Shown: positions 26,054 to 37,800 of the stretch, one piece after another
How positions within the stretch are numbered: the stretch's first letter is position 1
Layout of the letters: each line of letters starts with the position of its first letter
IMG/VR virus record: IMGVR_UViG_3300043425_001539
Coordinates: 62,001-126,000 of that record
Length of the DNA: 64,000 nt
Direction: 5' to 3' (one strand)
Made by a program: the position numbers and the translations under genes
Notes under the pieces: model-generated
Database searches by the model: none
What the model saw: only the letters and a program-made list of their open reading frames with translations
What the model was told of the DNA's origin: nothing

Positions 26054-29000
26054 TTATTCATCTTCAGCAGGAAATTCGGGAGGAGTTGTCCAACTGCGAG
26101 TGTAATTGTTAGAATACCTAATAATTGACTGTCCGCTTACGGTCAAGTATTTATAATATGTACCTGTGCCTGTGCCTGTTATCGATGATTCGTTAAACAT
26201 TGCATCTCTTAACGGTATATCATGGTGCATAATCGGATCGTCAAACATAATTTCTAATGCAAATGAATTACGGTTAACTGAACCTGATTCTGTAGGAACA
26301 ATACCTCCATTATCCGCATAATAATTACCAAATTGAGGAACAATTCTCCAAGCACAAGAACGGTTTCTGCTAAATGCACGGTTGCCCATAAGTTGGAATG
26401 TTGCACCTAAATAAGTTTGAAAATATGCTTGACGTAAATCAGCAGCACCATCTATTTCATTTACCATATTAACGGACTGGGAATACACAAATTTGTTTGA
26501 TGCCTTTTTTGTGTCAATCCATGTGTAAGTTTTTGCAGTTCCTTCGATCCCTAATGATGTTGAGGCAGATTGTCTAGGCTGCCATAATATTGATGATTGG
26601 TCATTTGCAAAATAATAACTCATACCGTAATTGATAACATTGCCATTCCAACGGTTGAAATAATTTGAAGCTGTTGCGCCTGACGATTGATTTAACATAT
26701 AAAACGAATCGCCAGTATTAGATGTTGATAAAGTGCCTGCGGAAGTATCATCGCCAACAACAGCCCATCCAGAGTTCCAATTTTTATAAGAACTCCAATT
26801 TGCAAAACCTAAACCATTTCCAAATAAATCATATAAAAACAAATTGCGCTGATAGTGATCATCGGTCAAATCGGTAGCAGATGGGAAGTATTTTAATCTG
26901 ATAAATTGTGTCCATCTTGGTGAACCTCTGTCAATTAATTCAGATTGGTTACCTGATACCGAAGAATCACCAACTTCACCGGGCGCAATTCCAGTGTTTA
27001 GGTTGGGATTTCTAACAGCAACCGTAACATTAAAATCAATTAAAGCAAACTCACTGTTAATACGTTTGAATCTAAATTCGGATGCTTTATTTTCATAGTT
27101 TGGATCACCCCATCCTCCATCATAATTGCCTGTTGAGCCATCAAAAATATTATAAAATTTATCAATATTTCGTATCATGGTGGATGCTGTTCCACCACCT
27201 GTCATTCCCGTAGTATCATTACCATCTGGCCAACTAATATAACTTCTTCCATTGGGCATCGACGGTCCAATTGCATACATTTTAGCATATTGGTCACTTG
27301 TAAACAATTCTTTATAATCGCTTGCAAGAGGACCGGTATAACCTGCTGTAGGCCACACATCATCAAGCATTCTGCGATTTGTGTATATTACATGCGAAGG
27401 CCAATATCCTGTGCCTCCATTATTTCCTATTACGTCTGTTCCGCCTGAAACCACGCCGTACGTGGTAGTTCCATAATTTGATGTTGCACCTGTTACCGCA
27501 GCAACTCCTACAACTCCAGCTGTTGCAGTATATCCATAAATAAATTCCAATGTAACAACTTCCTCTAATAAGAAATTGTCCATATTTACCGTAACATTAT
27601 CAAACCCGCTATTCTTTTCTTTTTGCCCATAATGATCGGTAAATACCATAAACGTTCCGCCTGTATTATCCGTTTTAGGAATCCAATATTCGCGCAAAGA
27701 AGATTCATTTTGCGCTGATGCAACAACAGTATTGACTTTGCGATAAGCTGATGATGAAGTTATTGGTCTTGATGTTGAAGTATCACCCGGGATTTTTGTT
27801 GCGTCAGCCTCAAGGAATGTAAATACCAATTTTGGTGATTGCTGTCTTGCTTCTTTAACAGCAACAGCATCGCCCGAATTTTCATTCGCACCTGATAATC
27901 CAAGTCCTTCACCGGCAACAAAATTGTTTAGTCTTATGTTTCCTAATATCAAAGGGTCTTGTTCAAATGTAAGACGGAATCCCATTCCTGAACCTATGGT
28001 GCCGTTCCATGTAACATTTTCGCCATCCCAAGCTGCGGCAACTGCGCCTACGGGTGCTTCATATGATCCAACATAAGAATCAAGTGGAGCACCACTTTCA
28101 AATTCTGTTGGGTGAGGAATCATTATTGCTTCCAACCAAGTAGAAGGAGGAGTACCGCCGGTTATTCCAAAGCCGCCAGTTTGTCCAGCAAAAAATATAG
28201 TACAAGATGTTACTCTTCCTTCCCAATCAGTTTGTAAATTTAATGCATTAACATATGACGTATTTGGCGCTTGATTATACGGACTTTTTAATACTATATA
28301 CTTTAATGCATCAGCATTGGTAATGTTTATTGTTGAAGAAGGCGGATATCCCCAACCTCCGTTCTGTAAAGTACGTCCTGGTCTACCGTGTAATTTTTCT
28401 GCGGCAAATTCTGCTCTGAAAGTATCAGAAATGGTTGCGTTTGAATTTATTAATGCTGCATTACTTGTGGAAGAATTTTCAATAAAGCTTCCTGAAACAC
28501 CTGTATATAATACTAATCCATAAGCGCCAGACGCGCTATAATATGCTATGTTGTGATTGGGCGATGCGCCAGCCGTTGAAGGCGAAGCAGTTAATCCGTT
28601 TGCAACCGCTGGTCTTGGAACATAGTTTAAGAAGCCAGTTGTGATATTTCTTTCGGTTGAAGCATATGCATTTTCATCAAAACCAGCGGCGTTACCAAAT
28701 CCAACACTGCCATCTTTTTTGACTATAAGCTTGATATTGTTTAGTACATCTCGCGTACTCAATCGTTGTTCCCAAAATCTATAAGATTTTCCGCCATTAC
28801 GTCCAGACTTTATTGATGATATTGCAAGATCACCATCACCGTTTGTTAAAATTACTGAGCCTCCATTTTCAGTGCCTCCATTTGTGCCAGATATCCAAGT
28901 AATTGTTTCATCTTTAACATCTCCTTTATTCATCAAGTCTCTAAACAGATTAAATCCTTGATAATGAACAGGTTTAAATAAAGCATTCTCTATTCCTCCG

Positions 29001-31774
29001 TGTCTGAATGCATTATTAAATGCTCCGGTAGAAGCAGTAATACCAGACATATCATCTTTGTAAAAAGCTGCATACAAAGAACCGCTGTCTCCTGTATTAC
29101 CGTAAGGTATAATATGTCTAGTTGGTGATAGAATTTCTTTGAAAGGAAAGTTTGCGGCATTTGTTGAATATGCACCTAAACTTCCTGTACCTACTCCTGC
29201 CGTTGGTGATCCTCCTAATGTTGTATATGGATATTCCAAAATACCCGTTGGATATAAATATGAATCTCCTATAAAATCGGTAATTACTTGCGTATTTGAA
29301 CGATAATTTGGCTGATAATAAGGATACGTTGATGATAAACTTCCTTGCGCGGCATAAGCATATCCAGCATATACTGCATCATTATCAGTTATTCCTCTAT
29401 CAGTTTCATTATACTTATTTTTCCCGTAAATATGAAAACGCGTTCTTGGCCACAAATTATGAACACCAAATCCTGTAATTGCTGTTCCCGTATTGCTGAC
29501 TTCAGTTGCATTTGCATTTAATGGATGTAAAGCAACTTGAAACTCATTTCGATAATTATCAAGAATTTCACCGATATTTGTTCCTGTTGCTGCTGGCTGA
29601 ACGCCTAATCTAAATGAATCAAATCCTTCATTTGCATACCATCCTTCTCTTCTAAAACCTATTCTAAAATTACCTGTTGCCGAAGTAATAGGAGATGTTC
29701 CAGATCCGTAAGGGTTTGCACTTTCATATGAACTTTCAACAGTTCTTCCCAAATAAAAATCAATAAAACCTTGATTATTTGCAGAAGACGTTGATGAAGT
29801 AAATGCTGCAACTTTGCTGAGTTGTGTATTAATGTCTAACTTATTTGCAATATTGCCAAATTGCATCCACACGTTTGTAGGATCATTTCCATCATTAGAA
29901 AGAACGGATGGATTGATATGTATATGCATTTTAGCAAGAGGCTCCCAGACGCCGTTGTCGTCACTTGTAAATGTACCTATACCTATATTTCTAAAAGGAG
30001 ATACATATAATGAAGGCAAACTTCTTTGTTCATTTATAGAAGCGTCAATATCTTGACTTGACACGGCATGATCAGCACCCGCAACCGAACCGTCTAATTT
30101 ATACTGTGAAGTATAGAATATAAGTTCACTTAAAAAATAAGTATCATCATTTGTTGTGTTCCAAGTACGCTTTCCTCTTTCAGCCATACCTGCAAGACGA
30201 GCGTATCCTTCTGATAAAGGATCCGATGAATTAGTTGACCAAGAAGAAACATCATCAAATCTAAATCCTGAACCATACCAAGAACGTCTTGTTTGGTTGC
30301 CTAATAAAGGTGTATCATTGAATAGACCGCTGCTTGCAATTCCTGCGCCGTAGTCTATAAAATTTGCAAGAGAAACTTGCCCACCTACATTTTTGCCGTT
30401 TGCTGCGGATATAAATCCTTGAAACACTCTATAAGCGTATGGGCTTGAACTTTCGCGATATGTTTCATCACCAGAATTAACATAATCTGATGATAAAACT
30501 AAATCTTGAGGCAAAGCACATATTATTTGATTTGAAGTTGTTAATGATTTAACATCAAGAACTAGTTCAGCCAAATTTATTGTTCTTGCATTGGAAATTC
30601 CAGCGCCAGCAGACATTGCATCGTAATCTTCAGGAGACGGAGCCAATCTTGTTGACAATAAAAACATTGATTTTGTTTCCTTTGGAAAGATTGAACCTGC
30701 TGTTGAACCTGCGGTTATACCAGCGCCACCACCGTACGGAGTTGCTAATGTAGCGGTATATTGATAAAGTCCTAATGTACTAAAACGTTCTTCGCCAATT
30801 CCGCTATCTGGCCTTAATTCTGACCAAAAGAAAAGAGGAGTATAATCATCAAGAGGTGTGTCATACATCGGTTTAACCCAATATCCATCACCTGACAAAG
30901 GAACGATTCCTACTCTTGGGTAGGACGTGTCCTCTGCATTTGCAGGTTGATCCAATAAAGTGGTAGACCTTGCATTAATTATACTATGATATGGTAAAGA
31001 ATCTAAACTAAATTTAAACAGTAAACGATCAACCCCTGCATTCCATCTACCAGGTTGAGGAAACGGCAATGCAGCATCTCCGTAATCTTGCCCCCAACTT
31101 TCAATCGATGGTGTATTATAATCTTGAGATCCTGTTGCTCCTGAATTGCCTGCACTTACCCAAATTGTTCCATATTTGCTGTTAAAACGTGCATTTGGTA
31201 TCTTAAGAGGAGAAGAAGATGTATCAAATGGTCCTGTTGCATAAGGAGGGTTTGTAAAATATGTAGAATAATCATATGTCCAAACATTACTCAAATCTTG
31301 TGTTTCAGGTTGAGGGTAAAAATACCACCCAGGCCCTCCGTAATATCCTGTGCCAGTTGGCGGATATGTTGGTCCAATATTTGCATATTGCCCTTCCGAA
31401 TCAGCGGATGTTAAATACATCCAATAACCACGATTATAGTGATCTATATAAATATCTCCTTGTCCACCTGTTCCTATAGTTATGTCTAAATAATCAAGAG
31501 ATGCAATAGGCCAAGGACCTGCTATTGATGATGGACCAGTTGTTCCGCTAACTCCATCAGCAAAAGGAATCATATATGCACTTAATCCAGTAGGTCCAAC
31601 TGGACCTTGCGCCCCCGTTTCTCCTTTTCTACCCGGTAAACCCGGTAATCCTTGATTACCTCGGATTCCTTGAGGCCCTCCACCCGCGAGTGATATTACT
31701 TGAAAGTTATTATTAAGTTTAGCAATTATTGTTGATAAACTGTCGCTTTCAAGAAGATTTTGTAATGTTATCAT
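26054..31774 (-). CDS. Giant fibre/baseplate-attached virion protein with a short collagen-like segment
   Basis: 1906 aa, Gly/Ser/Thr-rich; (Gxy)n run GPQGIRGNQGLPGLPGRKGETGAQGPVGPTG near the N-terminus. Confidence 0.7.
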   Translation of the reverse strand: MITLQNLLESDSLSTIIAKLNNNFQVISLAGGGPQGIRGNQGLPGLPGRKGETGAQGPVGPTGLSAYMIPFADGVSGTTGPSSIAGPWPIASLDYLDITIGTGGQGDIYIDHYNRGYWMYLTSADSEGQYANIGPTYPPTGTGYYGGPGWYFYPQPETQDLSNVWTYDYSTYFTNPPYATGPFDTSSSPLKIPNARFNSKYGTIWVSAGNSGATGSQDYNTPSIESWGQDYGDAALPFPQPGRWNAGVDRLLFKFSLDSLPYHSIINARSTTLLDQPANAEDTSYPRVGIVPLSGDGYWVKPMYDTPLDDYTPLFFWSELRPDSGIGEERFSTLGLYQYTATLATPYGGGAGITAGSTAGSIFPKETKSMFLLSTRLAPSPEDYDAMSAGAGISNARTINLAELVLDVKSLTTSNQIICALPQDLVLSSDYVNSGDETYRESSSPYAYRVFQGFISAANGKNVGGQVSLANFIDYGAGIASSGLFNDTPLLGNQTRRSWYGSGFRFDDVSSWSTNSSDPLSEGYARLAGMAERGKRTWNTTNDDTYFLSELIFYTSQYKLDGSVAGADHAVSSQDIDASINEQRSLPSLYVSPFRNIGIGTFTSDDNGVWEPLAKMHIHINPSVLSNDGNDPTNVWMQFGNIANKLDINTQLSKVAAFTSSTSSANNQGFIDFYLGRTVESSYESANPYGSGTSPITSATGNFRIGFRREGWYANEGFDSFRLGVQPAATGTNIGEILDNYRNEFQVALHPLNANATEVSNTGTAITGFGVHNLWPRTRFHIYGKNKYNETDRGITDNDAVYAGYAYAAQGSLSSTYPYYQPNYRSNTQVITDFIGDSYLYPTGILEYPYTTLGGSPTAGVGTGSLGAYSTNAANFPFKEILSPTRHIIPYGNTGDSGSLYAAFYKDDMSGITASTGAFNNAFRHGGIENALFKPVHYQGFNLFRDLMNKGDVKDETITWISGTNGGTENGGSVILTNGDGDLAISSIKSGRNGGKSYRFWEQRLSTRDVLNNIKLIVKKDGSVGFGNAAGFDENAYASTERNITTGFLNYVPRPAVANGLTASPSTAGASPNHNIAYYSASGAYGLVLYTGVSGSFIENSSTSNAALINSNATISDTFRAEFAAEKLHGRPGRTLQNGGWGYPPSSTINITNADALKYIVLKSPYNQAPNTSYVNALNLQTDWEGRVTSCTIFFAGQTGGFGITGGTPPSTWLEAIMIPHPTEFESGAPLDSYVGSYEAPVGAVAAAWDGENVTWNGTIGSGMGFRLTFEQDPLILGNIRLNNFVAGEGLGLSGANENSGDAVAVKEARQQSPKLVFTFLEADATKIPGDTSTSRPITSSSAYRKVNTVVASAQNESSLREYWIPKTDNTGGTFMVFTDHYGQKEKNSGFDNVTVNMDNFLLEEVVTLEFIYGYTATAGVVGVAAVTGATSNYGTTTYGVVSGGTDVIGNNGGTGYWPSHVIYTNRRMLDDVWPTAGYTGPLASDYKELFTSDQYAKMYAIGPSMPNGRSYISWPDGNDTTGMTGGGTASTMIRNIDKFYNIFDGSTGNYDGGWGDPNYENKASEFRFKRINSEFALIDFNVTVAVRNPNLNTGIAPGEVGDSSVSGNQSELIDRGSPRWTQFIRLKYFPSATDLTDDHYQRNLFLYDLFGNGLGFANWSSYKNWNSGWAVVGDDTSAGTLSTSNTGDSFYMLNQSSGATASNYFNRWNGNVINYGMSYYFANDQSSILWQPRQSASTSLGIEGTAKTYTWIDTKKASNKFVYSQSVNMVNEIDGAADLRQAYFQTYLGATFQLMGNRAFSRNRSCAWRIVPQFGNYYADNGGIVPTESGSVNRNSFALEIMFDDPIMHHDIPLRDAMFNESSITGTGTGTYYKYLTVSGQSIIRYSNNYTRSWTTPPEFPAEDE

Positions 31775-31798
31775 TTTTGATCTTTTTCTTCCTTTTTT

Positions 31799-31807
31799 CT
31801 ATATATC
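31799..31807 (-). promoter_or_regulatory. Candidate late-promoter motif GATATATAG
   Basis: Intergenic, 24 nt upstream of the ATG at 31774. Confidence 0.6.
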
Positions 31808-34800
31808 TTAGACTCTTTTGAGAGTGACTGACACAGTATATCCATAAGATTTTTTGGTATCTAAAGTTTTGGTGACTGTGTAATTAAATTTGGATAATTG
31901 GGAAACTTGACAATCTTTATCAACTCTATATCCATTTGTTGTTTTTTCAGACTCAGATAAATTGCTCACAAAAACAGGAACATCATCTCTTTGAACAGAA
32001 TATAAAAATATGTTATTTACTTCATATAATGCAAGCAAATTTTCCCTTATGTAAATATCTTTAAGTGTATCTAATTCGCTTTCAGTAAGATTTAATCCTA
32101 AATTTGTGTTTAACCAATTAAATTCATCAAAATTACTATAACTTATATTTTCCTTAATAAATCTTATTAATCTTTCTTGTAGTGCTAATTCAATAAATAA
32201 TCTAGGCCTAGATACATTAATTTGTGCAGTTAAACCATTACTAATTGCAGGCTGTAATACAGTAAAAGTAATTTCATTAGGCAAAAATGTTTGAACATCT
32301 AAGCTTTTTGGTATTATCATAGCCTTAGATGCCATAAATGTTTTAAATTCTTTCATTTCATTATATCCGTCAATATCTACATAATTGTTTAAATCTATAT
32401 ACTTTCTAAAATATTTTGCATCCCAAGAACTGTTTAAAACATTAATATTTTTACGGTCAACCGCAACTTCATGTATAAATTCATAAACACTTTTATATGC
32501 AGAGTTAACAGGTATTTTTAAAATTTCTTCATCAGCTACTTTATTTATTCCATAGTTTCTAATTACACCAGAATATGTAGGTAAACTACTAATTCGGGTA
32601 TTTGCCAATAAGAAATCTTTTTCAAAATGATTTGTAACCGATTCATCTTCGCGAACCCAAAAAGATATAATATCCATTGATTTAGGCTCATAATATCCTC
32701 TGTGCCTAATAACAACTTCGTTTTGATTTGTATTAACAATATTATATCCAATTACATTTACGTTTGCGTATTGCGGCGGCCTGTCTTGATCTACTATATA
32801 ATTTAAAACACCTTTTTTAATTATCTGATCTGCTGCAATAATTGTAAGTTTAAAATCTTGTGCTTCTACTTTGCCATTATCTGTTACTTTGTAATATTTA
32901 ACAAGAGGGCTGGAATCATTAATATTTTTTTTAATATTAGCAAATGTAAATAAATTTTTTGTATTTTGATAAAAACCTATTCCACCTCCTATATTAAATG
33001 TTTCAAGTGTTAAAAAAGGATAAGAATTGTTTGGGTAAGTAAAAGTATTTAAACCTTCGCTGTTTCCAAATGATGTGATTGAATTTTTAAAATATTGATA
33101 TCTTAAAGGCGAAGATATTCCTAAGCTGTTTATTAAAATTGTATCTGAAGACTTTCTTGTATCAGTAAAGTCATATGTAAAATATGTGGATGTACTGTCA
33201 GAAAAGCCAGTTGATATAAATTTATTTAAAAACCCTTCAAATGAAAAACTATTTGGCACAATTCTTGTTGAAGCTATATCATAAATAAAAGGATATGATG
33301 AGTCTAAACTAATTGGGTATTTATTAATAAAAGGATTTACTTCATCAGATACCGAAAAAGGATAATATGTATCTGAAGAATTTAAAAAGAATGTTAAATA
33401 ATCGGATGTAGAATTATATGATGGCAAAACATTTGAAGTATCAATGACCCCACTTAATTTAGGATCACCTTCTTGTATGTACCCTCCACCAAAAAATAAT
33501 TGTCTTGGCCTATATGCTGCTTGCGCATCATAGCTGCTTCCTGTTACGCCGTAAGGAGCAACAGTCGAAATATTGGAACCAATTGCAGACGATATATTAA
33601 ATTGCTGTTGATTATTATTTTTTAAATTATCCAACGCAGAATAATTAAATACATAATCTTGCAACCCTGATTGTGTTCTATAGTCGTGTGTTCTTTTGGT
33701 AATAATAATTAAAATTGACTTAAATTTATCATTTTTAATTATTTCTATTTCTAAAGGAGACTGTGTTTCATAAAAATTATATGGAACGGTTCTTTGTATT
33801 GCAGCAAATTTATATTCATTATATTTAACAGAATTAGCTATTTCGGGCAAATCTATTTTGGAATCATCTATGTCAATAACCTGTATTTTGGCGCCTCTAA
33901 ACAAAGTTTGTGGTCTTGGTATGCCTGGGTTAAGGGTTAAAAATGTAAATCTTTCTTCCCTGGGTTTAGGAATTAAATTGCCATAATAATCCTGTTCAGA
34001 CGGATAACCCACTGAAAAATATTTCAAAAACCAATCATTGCTATTATCCGTCATAATTAAATCATACCAAGACTTGTTATCATAAGCAATGTCGGACAAC
34101 TTCGCAAACATATACGACCTTGAAGATCCTAAAGATTCTTCTGGATAATCTTTAGGAACAGTGTCCAAATAAGGAAATTCATGTGATAATATGATGGGTT
34201 CAGCAAAATCCACGCTGTCATCAGGAGAAAAATTTGTTCTTCCAAATGCTCTTGACGTATTTAATCGATAATAATTATCTCTTGCATCCGTGCCTTCTTG
34301 CACCCATTTATTTATAAAAGGCACAACTCTTGACAATGTAGCAAAATCTTTGTTATAATTTTCTCTTAAACGATCATATTCACTTAATAATTGTTGACGC
34401 AAAAATGCTTCTACATATTTTCCTTCATCTTTTAATCTTGTTATTTCTTGTTGGTCATTAATATTTAAAATGTCAGTTATGCCGACAAATCCTCCAAATT
34501 CTTTGATATCATTATCCTTTGAATAATCAGATTTTTGAATATTAAGATACGGTAAACCAGCTCCACCTAAATATCTAATTCTAAATTTTTTAACATCAAT
34601 AGTAGTTATACTGTTATCAGGATTTTTATTTGAAACTAATGACCTTTCAAAATTTCTATAACCCGATCCTCTTATTAAATACTCACTACCATCATCATAT
34701 TTTTGCGGATGCTCATATGTGTCATAGTGATAAAAAGGTGTATAAGTATTAATTAAAAAGCCTGTTTCGGATGAAACCGAAGTAACTGAAACGGTTGATA

Positions 34801-37800
34801 AGTTATCCCATGTAGATGTTATTTCATTAAAACCTTCAAAAGAAAATTGATATGAACCAAATGATGGCATTTTTTTAATTCCACCAGGATCTGACGGATC
34901 AATGATTTGAGGTAAAAGAACATAATTTTCATCCGAAGATAACTCTAAATATTCATTTTCACCAATTGATTCATTCAAAAAATATCTAAAAGTTTCAAGA
35001 ATAGGTGAATATGAATAATCTGATAAAAAGAAGTCAAAATCAAATTCTTTAATAGGAAACATCGAAAATAAACCTATTGTAGGTCTATACATTTCATATG
35101 CCACTATTCTTTTTTCATCCGATAGATAAAATTCTTGTGATGCGTCATTTATCTCTATTATAGAATAAGTGTTTTTTTCATTAAATGCACTTATTAAATT
35201 TTTATTATCAAATATAGGCTCGTCTAAATACGGTAATGAATAAACGTATTTTCCTTGAACGTTCCAAGGTAATAAACGTGAATACTGACTTTTTGCTGTT
35301 TGGAACCATTGTTGCAAAAATAATTCATTATTTAATATAGAAAGGTTCCCAAATGATAAATTAAAGTTTCCAGTTTCTGTTGCTGTATTATTTATTGTTA
35401 CAGACTTCGTATTTTGATTAATTTGTAAAACATAGCTATTTACAGGTATGCCTGTTCCTGAAACTGCTCCTCCTACATATATTCCTTCTGTTGTACTAAC
35501 ATTAATTATATTGCTACCAAGTGAAATTCCTGTTAAAATTTCACTTTTATTGTTTTGAAAATATCTTTCCCCATCCAATTTTGCAATTCTTGCTCTAGAC
35601 CTCCTTCTTTGTGCACCTCCAATAAATAATTGCGAAGCATTGGTGTCAACTGTTAATTTAATAACAAAATTTTGATACGAGCCTAAAGAAATGTTACTCG
35701 TATCTATTGAAAACGGAATTGTGGTATCGGAAAAATTACTATTAGTTGTAAAGAAAGAATAGTAAGTACCTGTATTTTGTATTGTGCTGACATTAAGAGC
35801 ATTAACATCTGATCTTATAATTATATTTGCTCCTGATGAAGTTTTTAATATTTTAACAAAATAAAAAGTATCGCCTGCAATGTTAGGATTATTAACAATA
35901 TTTAATCCTATACTTTCATTAGACGTTAATCCAGCATAAGATACTGTGGAAATATTAGTTGCTACTTTTACGTTTCCATTTTCATAAAAACCTAAATTAT
36001 TTATATAGCTTTTTCCGCTAATCATATGCCTTTTAAACTCTATGGTATTGCCATCTAATGGTTTAAGTTTAGATTTTAAAATTATTTTATTGTCTTCAGC
36101 TAATGCATATGCAGGTGAATTATCAAATGAATTTATACAATTAGATATTGCTTTTGCAATGTCATTAACATTTCCATCATTGCTGAAGTTTGATATCCAA
36201 TCATATCCGTTTGGATCTTGTACAGGAAATGCCCAAGATTTACCTTTTTGCAATCCCGTAGGATTTGCAAACATTTTCCATCTAAACTGTTTAAACTGTT
36301 CCTTTATTATTACGTTAAGTCCTGATGATCCATTTAAAACTGATAATGTGTATTTAGGGTATTCTATTATAATTTCGTAAGAATCCAATAAAGCATAATT
36401 TGAGCTATTTCCTGAATATCCTTGTTCTAAATCTAAAGATATGTTTGTATCAATATCCAATTTATAGCTTAAAGCAGTGTATGCATACGTTGCAATTCCA
36501 GTAGGATAAGAACCTACTAACGCATTTGCATTAATGGTTGTTCCTTGTGCAGAATTTTCAGGATTACCTAAATTTTTAATTTCAGCTGATGTAGAAGAAA
36601 TTAAATTAACTATTTTATAAAAACCTCCTGATACAATAAAAATTGTTTCATTTTCAACTAAATCTTGTGTGCTATCAAATGAAGCTGTTACGTTTTCACC
36701 AACATTTGGTTGAACAAACGAAGATGATAATGAAGTTACAGATTGATCTTGGAAAAAAGTAAATGAAGTTGCCGTTCCTCCTACAGCAGAAACTTGAAAA
36801 TAATATTGTGAATTTTTGTCTGTGTTATTATAATTCTTAACATTTATTTCTAAACATTCGTCATCAGCAATTATACTTCCATTATTTCCTTGATCTATCA
36901 GATTAATAATCAATTGTGACTGTCCTTCGTTTAGCAACAAGGCATCATTTTGTGAGATCATTTGTATAGGTCCTCCATATTTACTGATGTCTTCTTGTGT
37001 GTCAAAGAGTTTGACTTGTGTTACTCTTTTATAATCGGTAGTCCCAGTAAAACCGTAATCAACTTCAGACAAAGAAATTGCTCTTTTAAAAACATCATCT
37101 CTATCTTTAATATAAAAGATCCTTAAAGGATCATCAACCATTGCAGGTAAAGGAAACTTTCCTATTACATTTCCTTGATAAAAAGGAATTGATGATGTAT
37201 TGTTATTAAAAGAAGTGTTATGGTAATATTCAATAGGTAATTGTATTCCGTTTGGATTAGATTGAACAAAACTTCTTGTTGAATATGGCTCACCGTCAAC
37301 ACCAGGTTTTGGTGGTGGAGACTGATTAGGTATTTTTCCTAACACTGACGAAGCTAATTCAAATTCAGCTAATTGAATTTCAGATACATATAATCCAAAA
37401 TATCTATTAATTGAATAAATATTTGCCTCAGGATCATCAAATAAAAATTCTAAATTAATTAAATTTGTGCTAATTATGCCATTTCGTTCAAATCCGTTGG
37501 TGATAAAATTTTCAAATTCTTTAATCGGTTTATCCGTTGTCCAAAAATCATTTAACAATTCTCCTTTTCCAGCAATAGTTCCGCTTTTATAAACTATACC
37601 ATTCCATACAGTTGAAGCGTCTTCATCAAAACTTACTTCGATAGGACGTTCGATAAATCTTGGATCATTAACAATTTTTCTAATGTATTTACCTAATTTA
37701 GAGGTATCTCGCATATCAAATGTTTTAATTATACGAGCATCTTTAAATACATCTTTAAACAAATCATCAACGCTACCTTCATTATACGTTACTAAAGATA

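Noticed and set aside
31590-31685. Collagen-like region as a DNA tandem repeat
   Set aside because: Periodicity is at the protein level (Gly every third residue), with no exact nucleotide repeat unit.
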